Source: Lingula anatina
Taxonomy: Eukaryota > Animalia > Brachiopoda
Direction of reading: 5' to 3'
Assembly: GCA_051362555.1 (NCBI GenBank)
Contig: CM120642.1
Span: 3,348,001 to 3,412,000 of the forward strand
Length of the DNA: 64,000 nucleotides
Shown here: positions 1-15,300 of the stretch, in pieces
Layout: each line of letters starts with the position of its first letter
Position numbering within the stretch: the first letter of the stretch is position 1
Made by a program: the position numbers and the translations under genes
Notes under the pieces: generated by a model
What the model was told of the DNA's origin: nothing
The model's database searches: none
What the model saw: only the letters and a program-made list of their open reading frames with translations

Positions 1-179
1 TCGAAGCACAAGAGCGGCGCATTCAGTCCCTGGACTCTGCAAACACGCGCCTCATGACAGCCCTGAGCCAGCTGAAGGAAAGGTACCAGGGAGTTGGAAA
101 AAATGGCGTCATATCCCCTGGAACCACCAGGGCCAAGTTTGCGCTGTCTGACGCGGACTTCAAGACAAGCTCTTGTTAA
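1..179 (+). CDS. RASAL2: Last coding exon (5'-partial) of a Ras GTPase-activating protein, nGAP/RASAL2-DAB2IP-SynGAP family
   Basis: Frame 3 from nt 3 reads EAQERRIQSLDSANTRLMTALSQLKERYQGVGKNGVISPGTTRAKFALSDADFKTSSC*, which matches the recalled vertebrate RASAL2/DAB2IP C-terminus (AQEKRI.SLD.AN.RLMSALTQ.KERY...NGISP...EF.NSS(N)C). Not in the ORF track because it has no start codon. Probably a co-orthologue of RASAL2/DAB2IP. Confidence 0.9.
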   Translation, partial: EAQERRIQSLDSANTRLMTALSQLKERYQGVGKNGVISPGTTRAKFALSDADFKTSSC

Positions 180-3100
180 CATTCTACATTGCACAAGATG
201 AGAAAAGAAAAGTACCATTTAGTGTACAATATCTGGATTATTTGAAGATGGACTTTGGTCCCACGTCTGTTCCATCCACCTTCTTCAAACCCAGTTTAAA
301 AGTTTTCACTGCAAAAGATGGTTAATGACAGTTTTTCAAACTGAGAATCTTCTAAGATTCTGAAATCATATCTTAACGTGAAACCCTTAACTGTTTAGAG
401 GGCAAAGTATGTTGCAGAAATCATCTTCGAACACTTATGTGAGGATTATCAGACTTTTCTGCATTTCAATGGATGTTTAACAGCAATTTGCAATTATAAG
501 AGCTGGACTCGAAGTTGAAAAATTGTCCAAAGGTTTCGTTTTCTTTCCAAAAGGTTCATGCAAAAAAAAGAGAAACAAATTAAGAAAATTATAATTGGGA
601 AATGCTATTGTTATGCACTTCTTCCAACAATATGGCAAACATCAGCGGGAGATATTCGTACATTTTCACAAAGAGAGAAGAAAATTGTCCATTTCACAGT
701 TGCCTTATTCAGTGTTTTATATGTAGATATATTTGCCCGTAGATCTGATGTGAATATTAAGAAATCAAAATGTCATACTTAATACTGTGTGTGTGTCGTA
801 AGCTTTAGTGTCACACGCTGACATGTACAATCAGTGTCAGCGTTTGTCAACAGCACTGCCATTGAAATTATTGTGCAATATTATTTACCAAGTAACGGCG
901 GGTTTTGTTTTTCATTTGGTGCTAAAATTATGTCTAGTTTATTATATGCAATTTGTATAATGATCTTTGAGGAATAGTTTATGCCTTATCAGTTCTGAAA
1001 TGAAAATTATTTCGAACCATATGTTAGTATGAGATAAGTAAGATGGGCATCAGAATTTCTGTAGCGAAAAAATATGATTTGCCGATTAGTTCCCAGGATA
1101 AAAAGAAAATAAGCTGTTCCCAAGCAATGGTATCTTGTTTAGAAAGCTGCAAATAATTGTAATTATACGTACATGTTCAATTCTACGCAATGTGTTCAGA
1201 AGGTATGGGCTATTTCCCTGCTAGTGTTCAAGGTCTTTCTATATGTATATAATAATGTTGTTAATGTAAATTTTGTCACAAACTATGCTGCATGTACATG
1301 TGTATGGGCAACGCTGGTACTTGAAACAGAGTGCATTGTGTTTGCAACAGAGCTGTGAAGACTTGAAAGTCTATCAAACCCAGTTTATATCTGTTTTTTA
1401 TGGATAGAAGACTTTGTAAAGAAGAACTGGCCTTAACAATGCTGTGTCTTATCTAGGGTGTGTGAGTCAGGTCACTTGTAACTTACCCCTTTCACTCCTC
1501 ACTCCTTTCATTCCCCACCCTGTGCACATTTCACACTGAATTCGACAAATAGATATCTTCATTTTAAGATTTCTCTTTTACTTTGTAGAACAATAACATT
1601 GACAAATTGTTTGTGCGTTAGTTAAAATTTGGTTGTTACTTTAACCCAAAGCATACTTCCCTAGTTATCAAGGTACCAATAGACACATTTGGGTCAGGTT
1701 TTTTTTATAGAAGTCTTCACTGGTCATTCCATCCTCCATAAACAGCATCCAACTTAATAGAAAGCCTTTTCACAATAGGTCTAAAGTTTTTTGGACTTAG
1801 CTTAGACGGCTTAATTATGAAAAGCCAACTTTGTTGCATTAGCCCCTTGTGTTTTACCAATGATTGGTCCTCACAATCAATGTAATGAGAGATTTAGTCA
1901 TCTATGGAGAGGAAAAAGCCATTGACAAGACAATCACAATTTGCATAAGGGGCCTCAGTGAAAAGACAGAACCCTTTTGGATTCTTCTTCAAAGCCAATT
2001 TGTCAGCTAAGATTCAAAGAACTGTTTTCTAAGACCAATTTCGATTTCATTGGTTTTGTGAAATGGGCCACTGTCAACCAACTGATAACAGTCGAGGTTC
2101 GATATTTCAAGTACAATGCCCATTGTCATGTTATGTAGGTGTGTGTATATTTTGTACATAGTCTCTAATGTATGTACATCTCTCCACCAGGTGGCATCCT
2201 CAGTAGTAGTCGCTGTACTTTGTTGCTAACCTGTAGTGATAGCTGTTGTTGAGTGTCCATCCTGACTGGACAGTGTCCAGCCCATTCAGCCGGACACCCT
2301 GGAGGTATCTCCATATATTTATTATGCTGGTATTTATTACTGTCCTGGCAAGGCTTCCGTCTTTTCTTTAAGATGGAGGAATTAATAAAAAGTCCAATGA
2401 AAAAATATGAATTGGAGTTGTTATGTGTGTCTTCATCCAAGCTGTGCAGTTTGTGTTAGAAGTTGCCTGTAATATCGAGAACTGTCCTAAATATCTGCTT
2501 TTAAGTAATGGTAAAAAAGACATTTAAAATCGAATAGATATATCAGGAAAATAAAAACGTGAAATATATTTATTATTCACTTCATGATAAATTTAAGCAG
2601 GGGCGCTAAATGAGAAATGGTCTGTGCCACACACCACAATTCGGCACACTTAATCAATTAAAATAAAGTCAAGTTTGTGCCTCCTAGATATCCAAATAAT
2701 TGGGAAGCAAAATTGAACAAAATTTCAACGTGGGCATTCTGTAATTGCATAAATCATATCTAAAGTCGCCGGTATTATATTTTCTTATAGTTCTCTAGTG
2801 TCTGTGGTGTGGGAGGGGGAGGATCTCTACAATAGAAATTTTACAAATGTTCTTTTAAAAGTTAATACAAGAAAGACAGTGGGGGCAGTAACTATATACC
2901 CCCGCGCTCAGAATGAGCCAAAAAATGACAATAGAAAGGTTAGCGAACTATATCCGTCTGAACCAATAACCCTCCACAAGAGTTGAGTAAAGATGGGATT
3001 CTTTCTTGGCGCACTCTGCAAAAGGGGGGGGGGTTAAAGACGTCTATAACTTTATGATGTGTATAAAACTATTAGTCAAGAGCTCACAAATTTTCGTATT

Positions 3101-4264
3101 TTATCAATTTATTATATAAGACCATACAGATTCGCAGTTCTATAAGAATGGTTTCAACATCAACCCTTCAATCAAAATGCTCCATACCTGTTGTTATTTA
3201 CATAACAATAAGCCCCTCAGCACAGTGTGAGCTGTCATCTTGACTGGTCACTTGACAGCTGGACCCTGTATGAAGAAGACACAGGATAGGTGTGTTGAAG
3301 TCCCAGAGACGAACATTTCACTCAGCGCAGAAACTTGGACACATCTTGTAGGATGACTCTAAAGTGGAAGCCAGTCTGTCTCTTACGCAAGTATACAAGT
3401 GGAAAGAAGTTGCGTTTACCTCGATTATGTGGTATGTGCGACAGTTGTCAAAGTAATTTACATATTTCTCTCCTGTCTGTTGTGATGTAAGTTTGATGTA
3501 GCTTGTGTATAAGTGTTTGTCTGAAGCTTGTTTTTATTCATATATTCTTCGAATTGGTTGATTAGGTTCTTTGCCATTTCTCTGTACCATTATTTCCTTC
3601 ACCTTTCTTCTCGTTTGTACTAGAATAACATCCTCATTTTTTTCACGTGTTCTAAAATTCGTTTGTCTGGGTAGTTCAGTGGATTTCAGAAAAGCTGAAT
3701 GTTGATTATTTCTTTAAAATATTGAAAAGCACGCTGCCCCCCAAAAGCAGTAAAATATGAGAAAAGCTGGTAAATTAGAAATCACTTTTTGGTGCCCAGC
3801 CGCTGTTACTTCATTTACTACCACTAACTTTGCGTATAGTAATCGGGCCACCGGAACGCATTTGTATCCTTTCAGAAAAACGCTTCTATAGTATTTGTAC
3901 TTGATTTATTAGCCTGAACCTTCTCATTTGCTTTTTAAAAATATTTGGAGAACGCGTTTCATTTTTGCAACTGGAGCAGGTGAACGAGAGAGAACTTTTA
4001 AAATAAGTTTTCACGATGACCAAGAAATTCTTGATATCCATAGGATGTTTTCGGAGATTTAACTCAACGTTTTTGCATATTGTAGAAGCGGACTGTTTTA
4101 TCATTCATCAAATAAAGTGTGATGCACATGAAAAATTGAAATATGCATCATGTCACTGCACTTCGACTTTGTCTCTATCGACACTAATAACCTAATTAAC
4201 TAATTGCTCCGTATGTTTTAGTATTTACTTTGGGAACGCTTCCCCGAAGCATTGGTCGTATAAC

Positions 4265-4319
<55 letters not shown>

Positions 4320-6335
4320 TATTCCTCTCACAGTGGACTATAAAACAGTACACAGCATTTATTGAAATTTTAAATCTTAACCACATACGAGTTTCATTCG
4401 ATTTCTTCAAACTTGTGATCAACCAGCCCGAATGCGACTTTTTCAACATTAGCACAAGTCTTTCCAATTTCAGTTAATCTAATCTTAGTTAGATTTTTAT
4501 TTTATGGAATGTAGAATTGTCATTTTGTTGTAGTTATTAAAGCGTTATTTTTGATGTTTCAGAAGTGCCAATTCCTTTGCCGAGATCCTCCATGCGTCTC
4601 ATAGAAGCTGTCCTAGTTTTCTTGGCCGTATTTTGGAACTGGAAACGGTCACACGCACCTGCAGGCACACTCACACACACAAACACGCACTCACTCACCG
4701 CACATGCAGTATGGTGAAATTTGTGCATGCGTTCTAATGTGATTTTTCAAAACATTTTTGGACTATTTATTAGATTTTAACAGATCAAAATGATAAAGTA
4801 AGATCGATAATGTTCCCTTGACAAATTATATACAGAAATCGATCATTTTTGTTTTCGAATTATAAGCTTGGGAGTAATTGATCTTTTTCAAATTAGTGGG
4901 GAGATATCTGATACCAATTGAAACATATTTACCCTTTTCTCCAATTTTTATTTGTTAAGCAAAAGTGTAGTCATCGAAATGTTTAAATGCTGTGATGCTA
5001 TTTTTCAGTGTTTGCGCGTCACAATTTTCAAAATTTCACAAATTTTCACCATATTGCGAATATAAACTGGACTAAGAATGTTTATTAAGTTGATTAGTTA
5101 TCGGATTATTTGTTATTATTATTTACGTTGTAGATATCAGTTTTATTTTCATCATTGGTGTTATGTGACTCTAGTGTATTACGAGCAATTTGTAAAAATA
5201 AATGTGCTGTTTTGGGTCGTTTTGATTCTATCTGAAGGAAACAAAAGTAAATGTTATATTGACATGTTCTGAATTTTCAGAGTCTACAATTTATCCAATA
5301 GGTATTTTTTCTTCAAATTAAAACAAAGTGCTTTCAAATTCGCTTTAACAATTATTTTTGTAAAAATTGCAATTAGCTCAAAATATCCCCGTATTCTAAC
5401 TACGGTTTGAAAGATGAAATGCTGGGTATTTTGTCATGAAACATGAAAAGGAATATATTCTGGATCTGCCCATTTTCAGATGTATCATTTCCATTCAAAT
5501 GTAAGAAGCAGGTATCACCTTGCGGTCTGTACTATACACTACATGCAGTACTAGGGAACTTTTAGATTTCCATGTAAAGCTGACATTTTTTTTAATCTGC
5601 AGTTACGTTTGGCATCATTTTCAGATATTGGTGTCTGTGAGTAAAAAGCTCAATACTAATAATAAAATTCCAGCACAAAATAAAAAGCTATAATTTCTAT
5701 ATGTCAAAAATTAGCAAAAAAAAAAAGTTATGGTCAACATGTGATAATGAAAACTAAGTTGAATCATAATTATGTAATCTACTTTAAACAAAGGCCCAAC
5801 AAAGCCAATCCGGTTCTGAGACTAATAAATTTTCTCATTTTTTAAATGTAATTTGTCCTGTCTGGCGTTATGAGAATATCGCTTGAAAAGAAATTTACGC
5901 ATATTTTTGAATTCCAAATTCGGAAAGTATTAATTTTCTTTCATCGCCGATTTTGGTCTAAAGTCCAACGTTATAACAATGTGATATGGACATAATGAAG
6001 GAATTATCAGAATGTTAATTTATATATAATTATATATTTCATATTCTAAAGTATTACCACTAAAAGTTTAAGCATAATTTTACATATGCACACTTTCTCG
6101 GGCAATGTTTTTATTGTTGACTCCCTGTTTATCCAACGGTGTGAATGTACATATTATATTTATCATAAATTTGTTGTGAGAGAAATGTATAAAACAAAAT
6201 GGAATTTAAGTACACATGCGTAATTATAGTTTTCTGTAGTACACATTGACATTAAGGATCAGAGGTAACATACAGTGAGCATGGAATTACTATACAGTGA
6301 AAATAAATGTGTATAATAAAAATGTGTTTGTATTT
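180..6335 (+). other. Putative long 3'UTR of the RasGAP gene
   Basis: AT/TG-rich non-coding tract ending in tandem AATAAA (6302-6307, 6315-6320) followed by a GT-rich stretch. The true end is unverified and earlier AATAAA sites exist. Confidence 0.4.
4265..4320. repeat. (TTA)n microsatellite
   Basis: Uninterrupted TAT/TTA trinucleotide run. Confidence 0.95.
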
Positions 6336-6442
6336 GATCATCATCAATGACGATGCATAAAAACAAATGAGTGTAGTAACTGTTACCGCATTGCTATTGG
6401 TGACAATCAAAATGAATCCAACTGTACTCGGGGCTTGACAAT

Positions 6443-7112
6443 TGGGGCGAGTTCATTTTATTTGAGGGGTGACAGGTGGATCGAGTCCATTTCATTTGAG
6501 GGGAGACAGGTGGGGCGAATTCATTTCATTTGGGGGGGTGACAGATGAGTCGAGTCCATTCCATTTGAGGGGTGAGAGGTGGGGCGAGTTTATTCCATTT
6601 GAGGGGTGACAGGTGGGGCGAGTTCATTTCATTTGAGGGGTGACAGGTGGGGCGAGTTTTCATTTGAGGGGTGACAGGTGGGGCGAGTTCATTTCATTTG
6701 AGGGGTGACAGGTGGGGCGAGTTCATTTCATTTGGGGGGGTGACAGATGAGTCGAGTCCATTCCATTTGAGGGGTGAGAGGTGGGGCGAGTTTATTCCAT
6801 TTGAGGGGTGACAGGTGGGGCGAGTTCATTTCATTTGAGGGGTGACAGGTGGGGCGAGTTTTCATTTGAGGGGTGACAGGTGGGGCGAGTTCATTTCATT
6901 TGAGGGGTGACAGGTGGGGCGAGTTCATTTCATTTGAAGGGTGACAGGTGGGGCGAGTTCATTTCATTTGAGGGTTGACAGGTGGGAAGAGTCCATTCCA
7001 TTTGAGGGGTGACAGGTGGGGCGAGTTTATTTCATTTGAGGGTTGACAGGTGGGAAGAGTCCATTCCATTTGAGGGGGTGACAGGTGAGATGAGTCCATT
7101 TCATTTGAGGGT
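6443..7112. repeat. 34-bp G-rich minisatellite, about 20 copies
   Basis: Unit GAGGGGTGACAGGTGGGGCGAGTTCATTTCATTT, with 30- and 36-bp variants. Confidence 0.95.
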
Positions 7113-9134
7113 GCGTACTATCATATAGCTGGGTGTATCATTAAGAACGAAGTTCATTTGAAACTTTTTTAATACCTTTTAAAAGCATATCATTGGAAGT
7201 AATGCTATTGAGAAAATGCAAAATGTTTGTGTTAAATTTACAGAACAATAGATAAAAGGCAAGAAAATTTGCATGCAAATACAACCATTACAAAAATACA
7301 GGCACAAAGCCGTAGAAACTTGTATATAAAAGTATGAAAAATTATTGCAGGAAATTTATCTAAAGAAAATTATCTAATGAGAACAAAATTTATTTCAAAA
7401 TGATACGCTTGCAAAGTTTTGAGTAGGGGAAATCAACTTTTGACAAGCAGAGAGACACTTAATAGTTGGCCTTGAAAGTGACTATTCCACAAATTAGTAA
7501 AAAGCATCACAATTTACTGCACATTCAAATCTGCCAGAAAATACATGCAGGGATCAGAAATATTTCTTAAATGCCAAATTTAATAAGGCAATTTTTTTTT
7601 TGCAGATAATGGAAATTGAAAAGAATAACCAATCTTCTACTATCAAAATGTTTAGGCCTAATTTGGGGTTAAATTGATAAACTCAAATTTTTGAAAGAAG
7701 AACTATCATGTGAATATAAGGTCGTCTAATATCAGTTTGTGAAAGCAAAAACCAGAACCCTTAAAAAAAGATCAGTTGAGAAAATTGAGGCAAATGATAT
7801 CTGGGAGAACGAACTAATTTGTTTTACGACTTATAAAAATAACAACAAAATTAAGAACAAATTTTTATGAAGCAAGATCGTCATTAATATTCGTTGTTGA
7901 AAATCTTTTCGATATATTCTCCAAGGCATTTTAAATGTTCAGATTCCATCATTCACTCAACACTGGGCATATTAACAAATATCTCGAGTTAACACAGATA
8001 ATCGTCTAAGTTAAGACAATAGCTACAGTTCAGTTTCAGAATATTGAATTTGAAAGTGCTCGAATCATTATCAATTAAATATAATCTTATTCCACTTTCA
8101 TTATTACTACTATTTGTATCATCATTATTTCATAACGAAATTAATAACCACAGAATAACAAGTGTCTATTTAAATTAGCTTTAATATGATAGATGCATAA
8201 GTGGGCGTCGGGTTCCTGAATGTAAACCAAAGGCTGCGTGGCTTGCAGGCAATTGCTGTGCAGTATCTCAATGAGATCCTGAAATAAGAGAATAATGTTC
8301 AGGATTTTTTTACTAAACAGGTTCATAAAATACGACTAATACATCACAGATGAGAGAGTATTTAAGACAGTAATGTTGTGCGAGTTTATTGGCTTCTCCA
8401 AAGTTCAAGCTCAACTAGCATCGAGAAAAACAACTGAAACCGAAGCTGCCGCAAGGCGAAATAATGATCTAAAATGAATTAATGATATAACTATTTAAGA
8501 CATCTTGTTAAAAAAGAAACATTGAAAACAAACTATTTTATTGTGAAGGTTATATCTATGGTTGTTAATACTTTTAGTTTTATGATGTTTATACTCGCTG
8601 TGCACCACGCGTTTGGGAGGCAACGCTTTATAGAAGAGAGAAGCGCAAAAGATCTGATTTACAATTGCCCTTATAAGTATATATCTCAAACATTTAACAC
8701 AATCTGGATGCAAATGCCATCAAGTTTTAATATAGTTGGTCGTGTAAAGTATGAATAATATTTGGCAATGGGATCAGCAGGCAGTGTAAAATATTTTTCT
8801 GTTAATTATTGTGTAATAAAAAAAATTGATACACGCCTGTGCGAGTATGTTGTATTTTGTGAAGTATACTTACTTTTCAAAGGGATCTTTGAGAACTTGT
8901 CAACCTGAAACGAAATACGGACTGTCCAAGTCTTATCTGCAGTAAATATGAAAAATATTTAAGCTACATGTAACCTGTCTGTGTTCTCTAAATCTGTCTG
9001 AGTTCTTTATGATATTGCTTACATTTACACGAGACTTTCAAATTATATCAAAAATGTTCTTTAATTGCCCAGGCCACGCAATTGTGTTTATACAGAAGTA
9101 AAAAAAAACGAAGAGCTAAAAAGGTTTTTGTTAA

Positions 9135-9810
9135 AGGGAAGCTGAGTGCACCGTTCTGCTTTTACGTTTAGCAAGTTGCAGTCCCAAAGCAAACCGATAT
9201 ACTGTATTCTAATACTTAGAGTAACATACTGGTAACGATAGGCATAATATTGCAAAGAACCGTGTTATATTTGGCGTGAATTTTCTTTTATACGTCTTTG
9301 CCTTCGGTTTTTAATGACGGAAGATATTGAAGAAGCTATAATACTTACAAAACGTGTCCTAAAAGCTCGATCTTGCGACTGCACCACACGTACAGTGCAT
9401 CCAAAGTCGTCCAACTACAAAGTGAGTATTCTGAAAGACAGCTCGCACTAGGGCGAGAAACTTATTGTTATGCAAATTACAACAGGTATGGTTCAATTTA
9501 GGTGAGAGGTTGTTGGCTGAAACTGTTCAAGAATGGTCAAGGTCAAAATACATGTAGATATAGAACTTTTGTTGTTGTTGAAACACACGCCTTAATTTGA
9601 TCCAAATACCGATAAATACGATTTATTTAACTATCCATTTTTATACCTTTTACCAACTGCAAGAATAATATATTGTATGATGGTCTTTGAACCACGTTTT
9701 TTTTCCGTTTTTAGTGAACCTGCAATAGAACCCTTCATCAGCCTACTTTAAATATTATGCTGTCAAATTACTTGTGCCCCTTTTTTTTTTTTTTTTTTTG
9801 AGCATTCCCT
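9135..9810. mobile_element. Putative non-autonomous Kolobok-like DNA transposon (TTAA TSD)
   Basis: TTAA|AGGGAAGCT ... AGCATTCCCT|TTAA: short imperfect TIR flanked by TTAA on both sides. Confidence 0.45.
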
Positions 9811-10149
9811 TTAAATATATAATAAGGGTCTTTTAAAATAAGGGACCCTGGTCTAATTGTAAAAAAGTAAAGTTTGTTTGGGTTAATGCGCCATTGAAGT
9901 GGACCTATCGGTACGTGGATTAACCACTTTGTGGGTTTACAGGTGCTGTGGTTTTCAAGATGGCGTTATCTAACGGTATAGGCACGTGTAAGTATTTATA
10001 GCGAGAACCACCAGTCGGGACGGGCATCTATCGAGACGTTTTTGCATAGTTCTGACTCTAGGGGGAAAATGTCTACCTCGGTCTCCTCTAACTCGGCTCT
10101 GAATTCTTAGTTACAAAAATAATTCTTAGCAGTATAAAACAAAACAATA

Positions 10150-12315
10150 TTCTGTTTTAAGCTCATTTATTTCAATGAATTATCTCTTCAAAATCACTCA
10201 CTCTTTTTGGTCCCTTCAAATGGACTGTGTGACAACAAGACTTGTTTCATTGCCACTGCATTCATAACTCTCATTATAGTAAACCAAGAAGAACTTCTTG
10301 AGTAAACTGATGATTTTGCAAAATTATCTAATACAAATGCTTGCATTCTACTCCAACAAAAAACACTTAACTGGAATCAAACAATAGGAATATGATCACT
10401 GTTACAAAGGCAGAGTCTTAGGCTGGTAAATATTTTAATGAATAATATTCAGCAATAACTGAACTTGCAACTTCTTTTTTACTTTTAAAATGTTCACATT
10501 CAGGCAACACAAATATCCACCACATCAAATTATAAGGCATTTATCAAAATGTACAAATGCACTCTTCACATTTCACATACAAACTAAGCTATTTATTATG
10601 AGATCACATTTTACTTGAATTTAAATTAGCACATTTGGCATATTACATAACACATGATTGATAATTCATAAAACGGTGCAAGGTTTTTAACAGAGATACA
10701 AAAATACAAACTGTTCTTAGGCTAGAGATTTGCTGATGCATAGAACTAACAACACAATACTTCTACAAATATCCATGAGTGGTTCATTTGCATGCATACT
10801 TGAGAAAACATTTTGTGCATTATAAGAATTATTCTTTTTTAAGTCTTTGTGACCAGATATACATATCAGAATATACAAAAGCCTGAGCATGTAAGTCACC
10901 TGTTTCAATATTGTGGAAAGTACCAAAGAGTAGCAAATATGTGTAAATAACCTTGAAGTCATTACACATGAAATAAAAGGAACAGGCAGATTTTGAAATA
11001 TGTTATCAAAAATGTTTTTTTTTTAATCCAACACTGCCGACAAAAAAATGCATTACATATGGTGGGATATGACAGACTTTGAGCAAAGTCCACTTCCAAA
11101 TAATTTTCAAATAACATATTTTAACATTCAAGGGAATAAAGTTCTGATAATGTCAGACCACTCCATACTGCCCATGAATGAACAGCCATTCCTTCCTTAT
11201 CATACACATTTGCAAGCAGAAAATAAATTAAACTGACAAAACTTTGAAACAGAAAGCTGAATGTAGAGGCTGAAAAAAATTTAATGCAAAAAAGAATATA
11301 ATAAATAAATAAAAATAATAAATAAAATAAAAATGCCCCGCATATGAAGGAAAGTAAAACAAACATTCGGCTGTAATAAGCACACAGCAATGCTGCTTTC
11401 ATTTCTAAGACATAAATGGGAGGGAGGATCCCAATATTAATATAGGCCCAATTTAATAAGGCCCAAGCAGCCCGCAAAACATTTAAGTTAATTTAACCAT
11501 GTCTGAATTAATATATAGATTTGGGTTGTCCCCAGGTCTGTAATAAATAAGCTGATATTGGCATAGGCTGTCATATTTGGCATCGATTCTGAACGTAAAC
11601 AAAATTGGCAAAATTAACATAATTTTAAGCTCGACTTCAAGAAGGCATGGTTTGGTCTTGTCTTGGCCACTCCATGAGGCCAATATTATCTCTCAACTAA
11701 ATCAATTTATTATCCCTCACCTACTATTATATCATCCCTCAACTTTTCTTATACTATCCCTTAATTATTGTTATACTATCCCTAAATTATTGTTATATTA
11801 TCTCTCAGTAAATTCAGACATGAACTCTTCGTTAATGTGTGCATTACACAGCTGGTGAGTGTAAACCAAGCATCAACCTCTGTAAGGATGACTCCCAAAT
11901 GGTTTCAGTTGGCCCATTACCCTTTTCAGTCACCTCTTTCAAATGGTCACTCTGCTTATGTTATTCTTAAAAAATCTTTTTCCAAACATCAATACTTGGC
12001 AGTGTTTTGGGCCACATACAGTTTTCCATGAGAGTCAAGTGTGCTATCACTACATAACTTGGTTTCCTCATCTCTGGCAGTGGAACTACTTTACCTCGTT
12101 CTATTACCCTAATCCTCTAGTGAACACTGCAGGCCTTGTCTGCATGCATCCACATGTTTAACAAATGCATATATGTTTAGCAAAGTGTCATACATTCTCT
12201 GCACCCCATTCAGTGCATATACCCATTGTCATATACACACAATATATGCCATCCTGTATAGCGCAGTTCATATACTCATGATATTTCTGCCGTGTCTTCT
12301 ATGAATAAAGTTCTG
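10150..12315 (-). other. Putative 3'UTR of the myomegalin/CDK5RAP2-like gene
   Basis: Lies downstream of the TAG at 12316-12318. Minus-strand AATAAA near 10166-10171. End unverified. Confidence 0.4.
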
Positions 12316-15300
12316 CTATGTGGCAGCTGACCTCTCGTATCTGGACATGAAGTTTTGTTTTGATTTTGTCAGGACTTTCTTGGTTCTGCTGACTGGAGAC
12401 AAAAAATACAAGGAAAAATTTAAAGAATGGGACATAATATACAGCATATATAATAAACATTATAAACACTAAACTGAGTAGTCTCATTACTGTAACTTTC
12501 TATTTAAGTACCGAACAAAAACAGCTTGCATAAAACCTTTTTCTTTGTCAATGAGTACTTTATTTTTACTTTAAATAAGATGAGATACTGGAAGGCACAA
12601 AAGATAAAGCTTCTATCCAAAATCAACATACTACATTCACATGAAACACAATATACATTTGTCTAAACATTTGTTCCAAGCAATTCTAAGTTTACCTTCT
12701 CTTGCAATGGAGGCTGCCATACTTTCCTTCTGTCTGTTACTTTTCTATAGAAAAAAAAAAACACGAAATTTTATTTAAGGTTAAAACTTGGTGTTACATA
12801 ACTGAATCACTGCTTTTGCACCAAAAAGTCTTCCTTCTGGTATATAAACGGCACTTCATTTTAACAATAATAAAGTCTAGTCAACTTTTTCAGATGGATG
12901 TGGTCTCTGTAATGGACGCTGTGATATTATAAACTGAGATGAATCTAAACTATGGATGCCCTCACCTCCAGTCTCTCCTGGTACATCCTGAGAGTGTCGC
13001 TGGCAGTGAAATATTTACTCTTGTAGACCTCCACCTCCTCCCGTAACAGACCAACCTAGAACAATAGGGGATTCATGATAAAATAAAGATGTTCTTTTTT
13101 CCTTGAGGAAATTTGGTTTAACACAAAAATGACCATTAGGATACCTTAATACTGTAAACAATAATTTTCATCACTTTATGAGATTCACTGCAATTGAAAC
13201 TATTTTCCAAAGGAAAAAATTTTGCGCAACTTATCAATGCGCATTTTCAAAACGTATTAAAATTTGAGTGGAAAAAATGCATGGTTTTATAGCAAATGTA
13301 GACCTCCTCAAATCACAACATATACATTTGTAAAAACACTATTTTAGTACTGTGAAAATTAACTCAGCAGCATTTCTAGACTAAAAATAAAATTTCAAAA
13401 TAATTTTTTAATTACAACAGTACCTCTTTCATGAGTCTGACATCCACAAAGAAGCCATCAGCGTCGGTCTCTGGCAGCTGTGATATCCAGAACAGGGTGA
13501 TGAGGTGAGCCTCCTGCCCTAGACATACACGCAGGTTCTCCGCTGACGCACTCAAGGCTTGGAGAGTGCTGTATTCCACACTCTGAAAGAAAAGAAACCA
13601 GGCAAATGTGGGACTGCACTTAGCAAAGACTTTCCATTCTGTTGAATTTCTAAAGAACAGTTTCTAACTTTTGAGGAGACTATTTGCCTTTGTCATGTAA
13701 GGAGATGTCTCCTGTTCTCTATGCATGTCCACACACAAGAAATGTAAGTATTGAGCAGGTTTTCAGGAGAGAGGGGGGGGGGGGAGAAGAAAAAAAAAAA
13801 AGAGAGAGAGAGAGAGAGAACCCACCTGTGAGGGAGAGGCTCCTCTAAATGTCCGTAGTCTCTCTCTTATCCTGGCCACCATACCACTTAGCACCACCTG
13901 ACTCTCATGAATCTCCTTCCGCAGGAGCTCAAAGTCGTCTATCTTTCCTATTGCGTACAGCATGCGTAGGTCAGAGTCCACGCGGATTGGGGACGTACCT
14001 AAATGGATAGAAAATTAAGATTATCATCAAACTGGCATTTGGAAAAACAAAATATATTTTGCAAAAATAAATAAATAAATAAAATAAACACAAAAACATA
14101 ATAAATAAATTTTTAAAAAATATGTTTCAACACAATAACCAAAACCCCACATATGACATTATCAGTGAGATGGCTACTAGTCTGTCTGAACACCTGTGGC
14201 AATTGACTCATTATAACACCTACCAAACACACATACATCACACAAGTAGAAGTTTACCTGGTGAACCTTTAGGATCGTAGACATGGTAGATCTTGTTGGT
14301 TTCCGCACTGGCGTAATGATGTGACCTCCCCATCTGGCGGTCATCTCGGTAGCCAGTGGTGTGACCATAGGGGGCAGACCTGTGCCGACGGTCAGTGTTA
14401 CGCCAAGACTGACCAGGAGGGTCACTCAGGTCGGACGTTCTCAGAGGGTCACCAGTGCCATGTGTGTCTGAATATGTGTATATTTCATATGAGTAAACAT
14501 ATGACCATGTTTATGCACAGATGACAATTAAAACTGAATTTTTGCTGTTAATCATGTATTCATACAGTATGCTTGTCTTCTACTCCCATTATTAGTATAA
14601 TTATGCTTTTTTTCCTTTTGCAAATGAAATTGGCCACTGATATAATCAGTTAAACACCAAAAAACCTCATACAGCCATCATTTAATATTTCTGACTTCAG
14701 ACTGAATAATAACCATACACTTTCCCAAACTTTTTTTTTAACCTTCAAAAAATCAATTAATGACTGTAAGGTAGAGGATTTTGGTATTTAGGGTCTAAAG
14801 AATTTCAGTTACAGATCCTGGATAATGACTGTCTATGAAAGAAGAAAATACACCAGGTAAAGAAGCCAATACAATGATCCCAGGATTACACATCTCAAGC
14901 TTAGCCAAAGCCCCAAAATTGGTCTTAACTTTTAGATCCAAAATTTCAATTCAAGATAATAAGGTAAGTCTTAAATATTAGCCATGTCTCTCTGGTTATA
15001 AAATAGGTCCAGTATTGAACTTAAGTGGACTACTACAGATTTAACCATGTATCAAACTGTTCAACATATTTGGTCTAAGATTTACGACCAGTTTTTGGGC
15101 TATGTTTTTTTTTAGGAAAATGTGTCCCTGGGATTGGAGCATACCTTTAAGTCTATCTAGCCTATTTAAACTGCGTGAGTAGCGTTGCTGATTTCTTAGT
15201 CCTCTACTTTCCCTGGGTTTACTTGAGCCACGGCCTATCTCTGCAACACAGAGCATGCAAACCATGCAACGCAAGACTAATACGCCACACAGGGTTACAC

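Noticed and set aside
815-843. 9-bp stem-loop in the RasGAP 3'UTR
   Set aside because: Too short to distinguish from chance without conservation data.
6443-7112. CRISPR-like periodicity of ~34 bp
   Set aside because: Head-to-tail repeats without unique spacers, in eukaryotic DNA.
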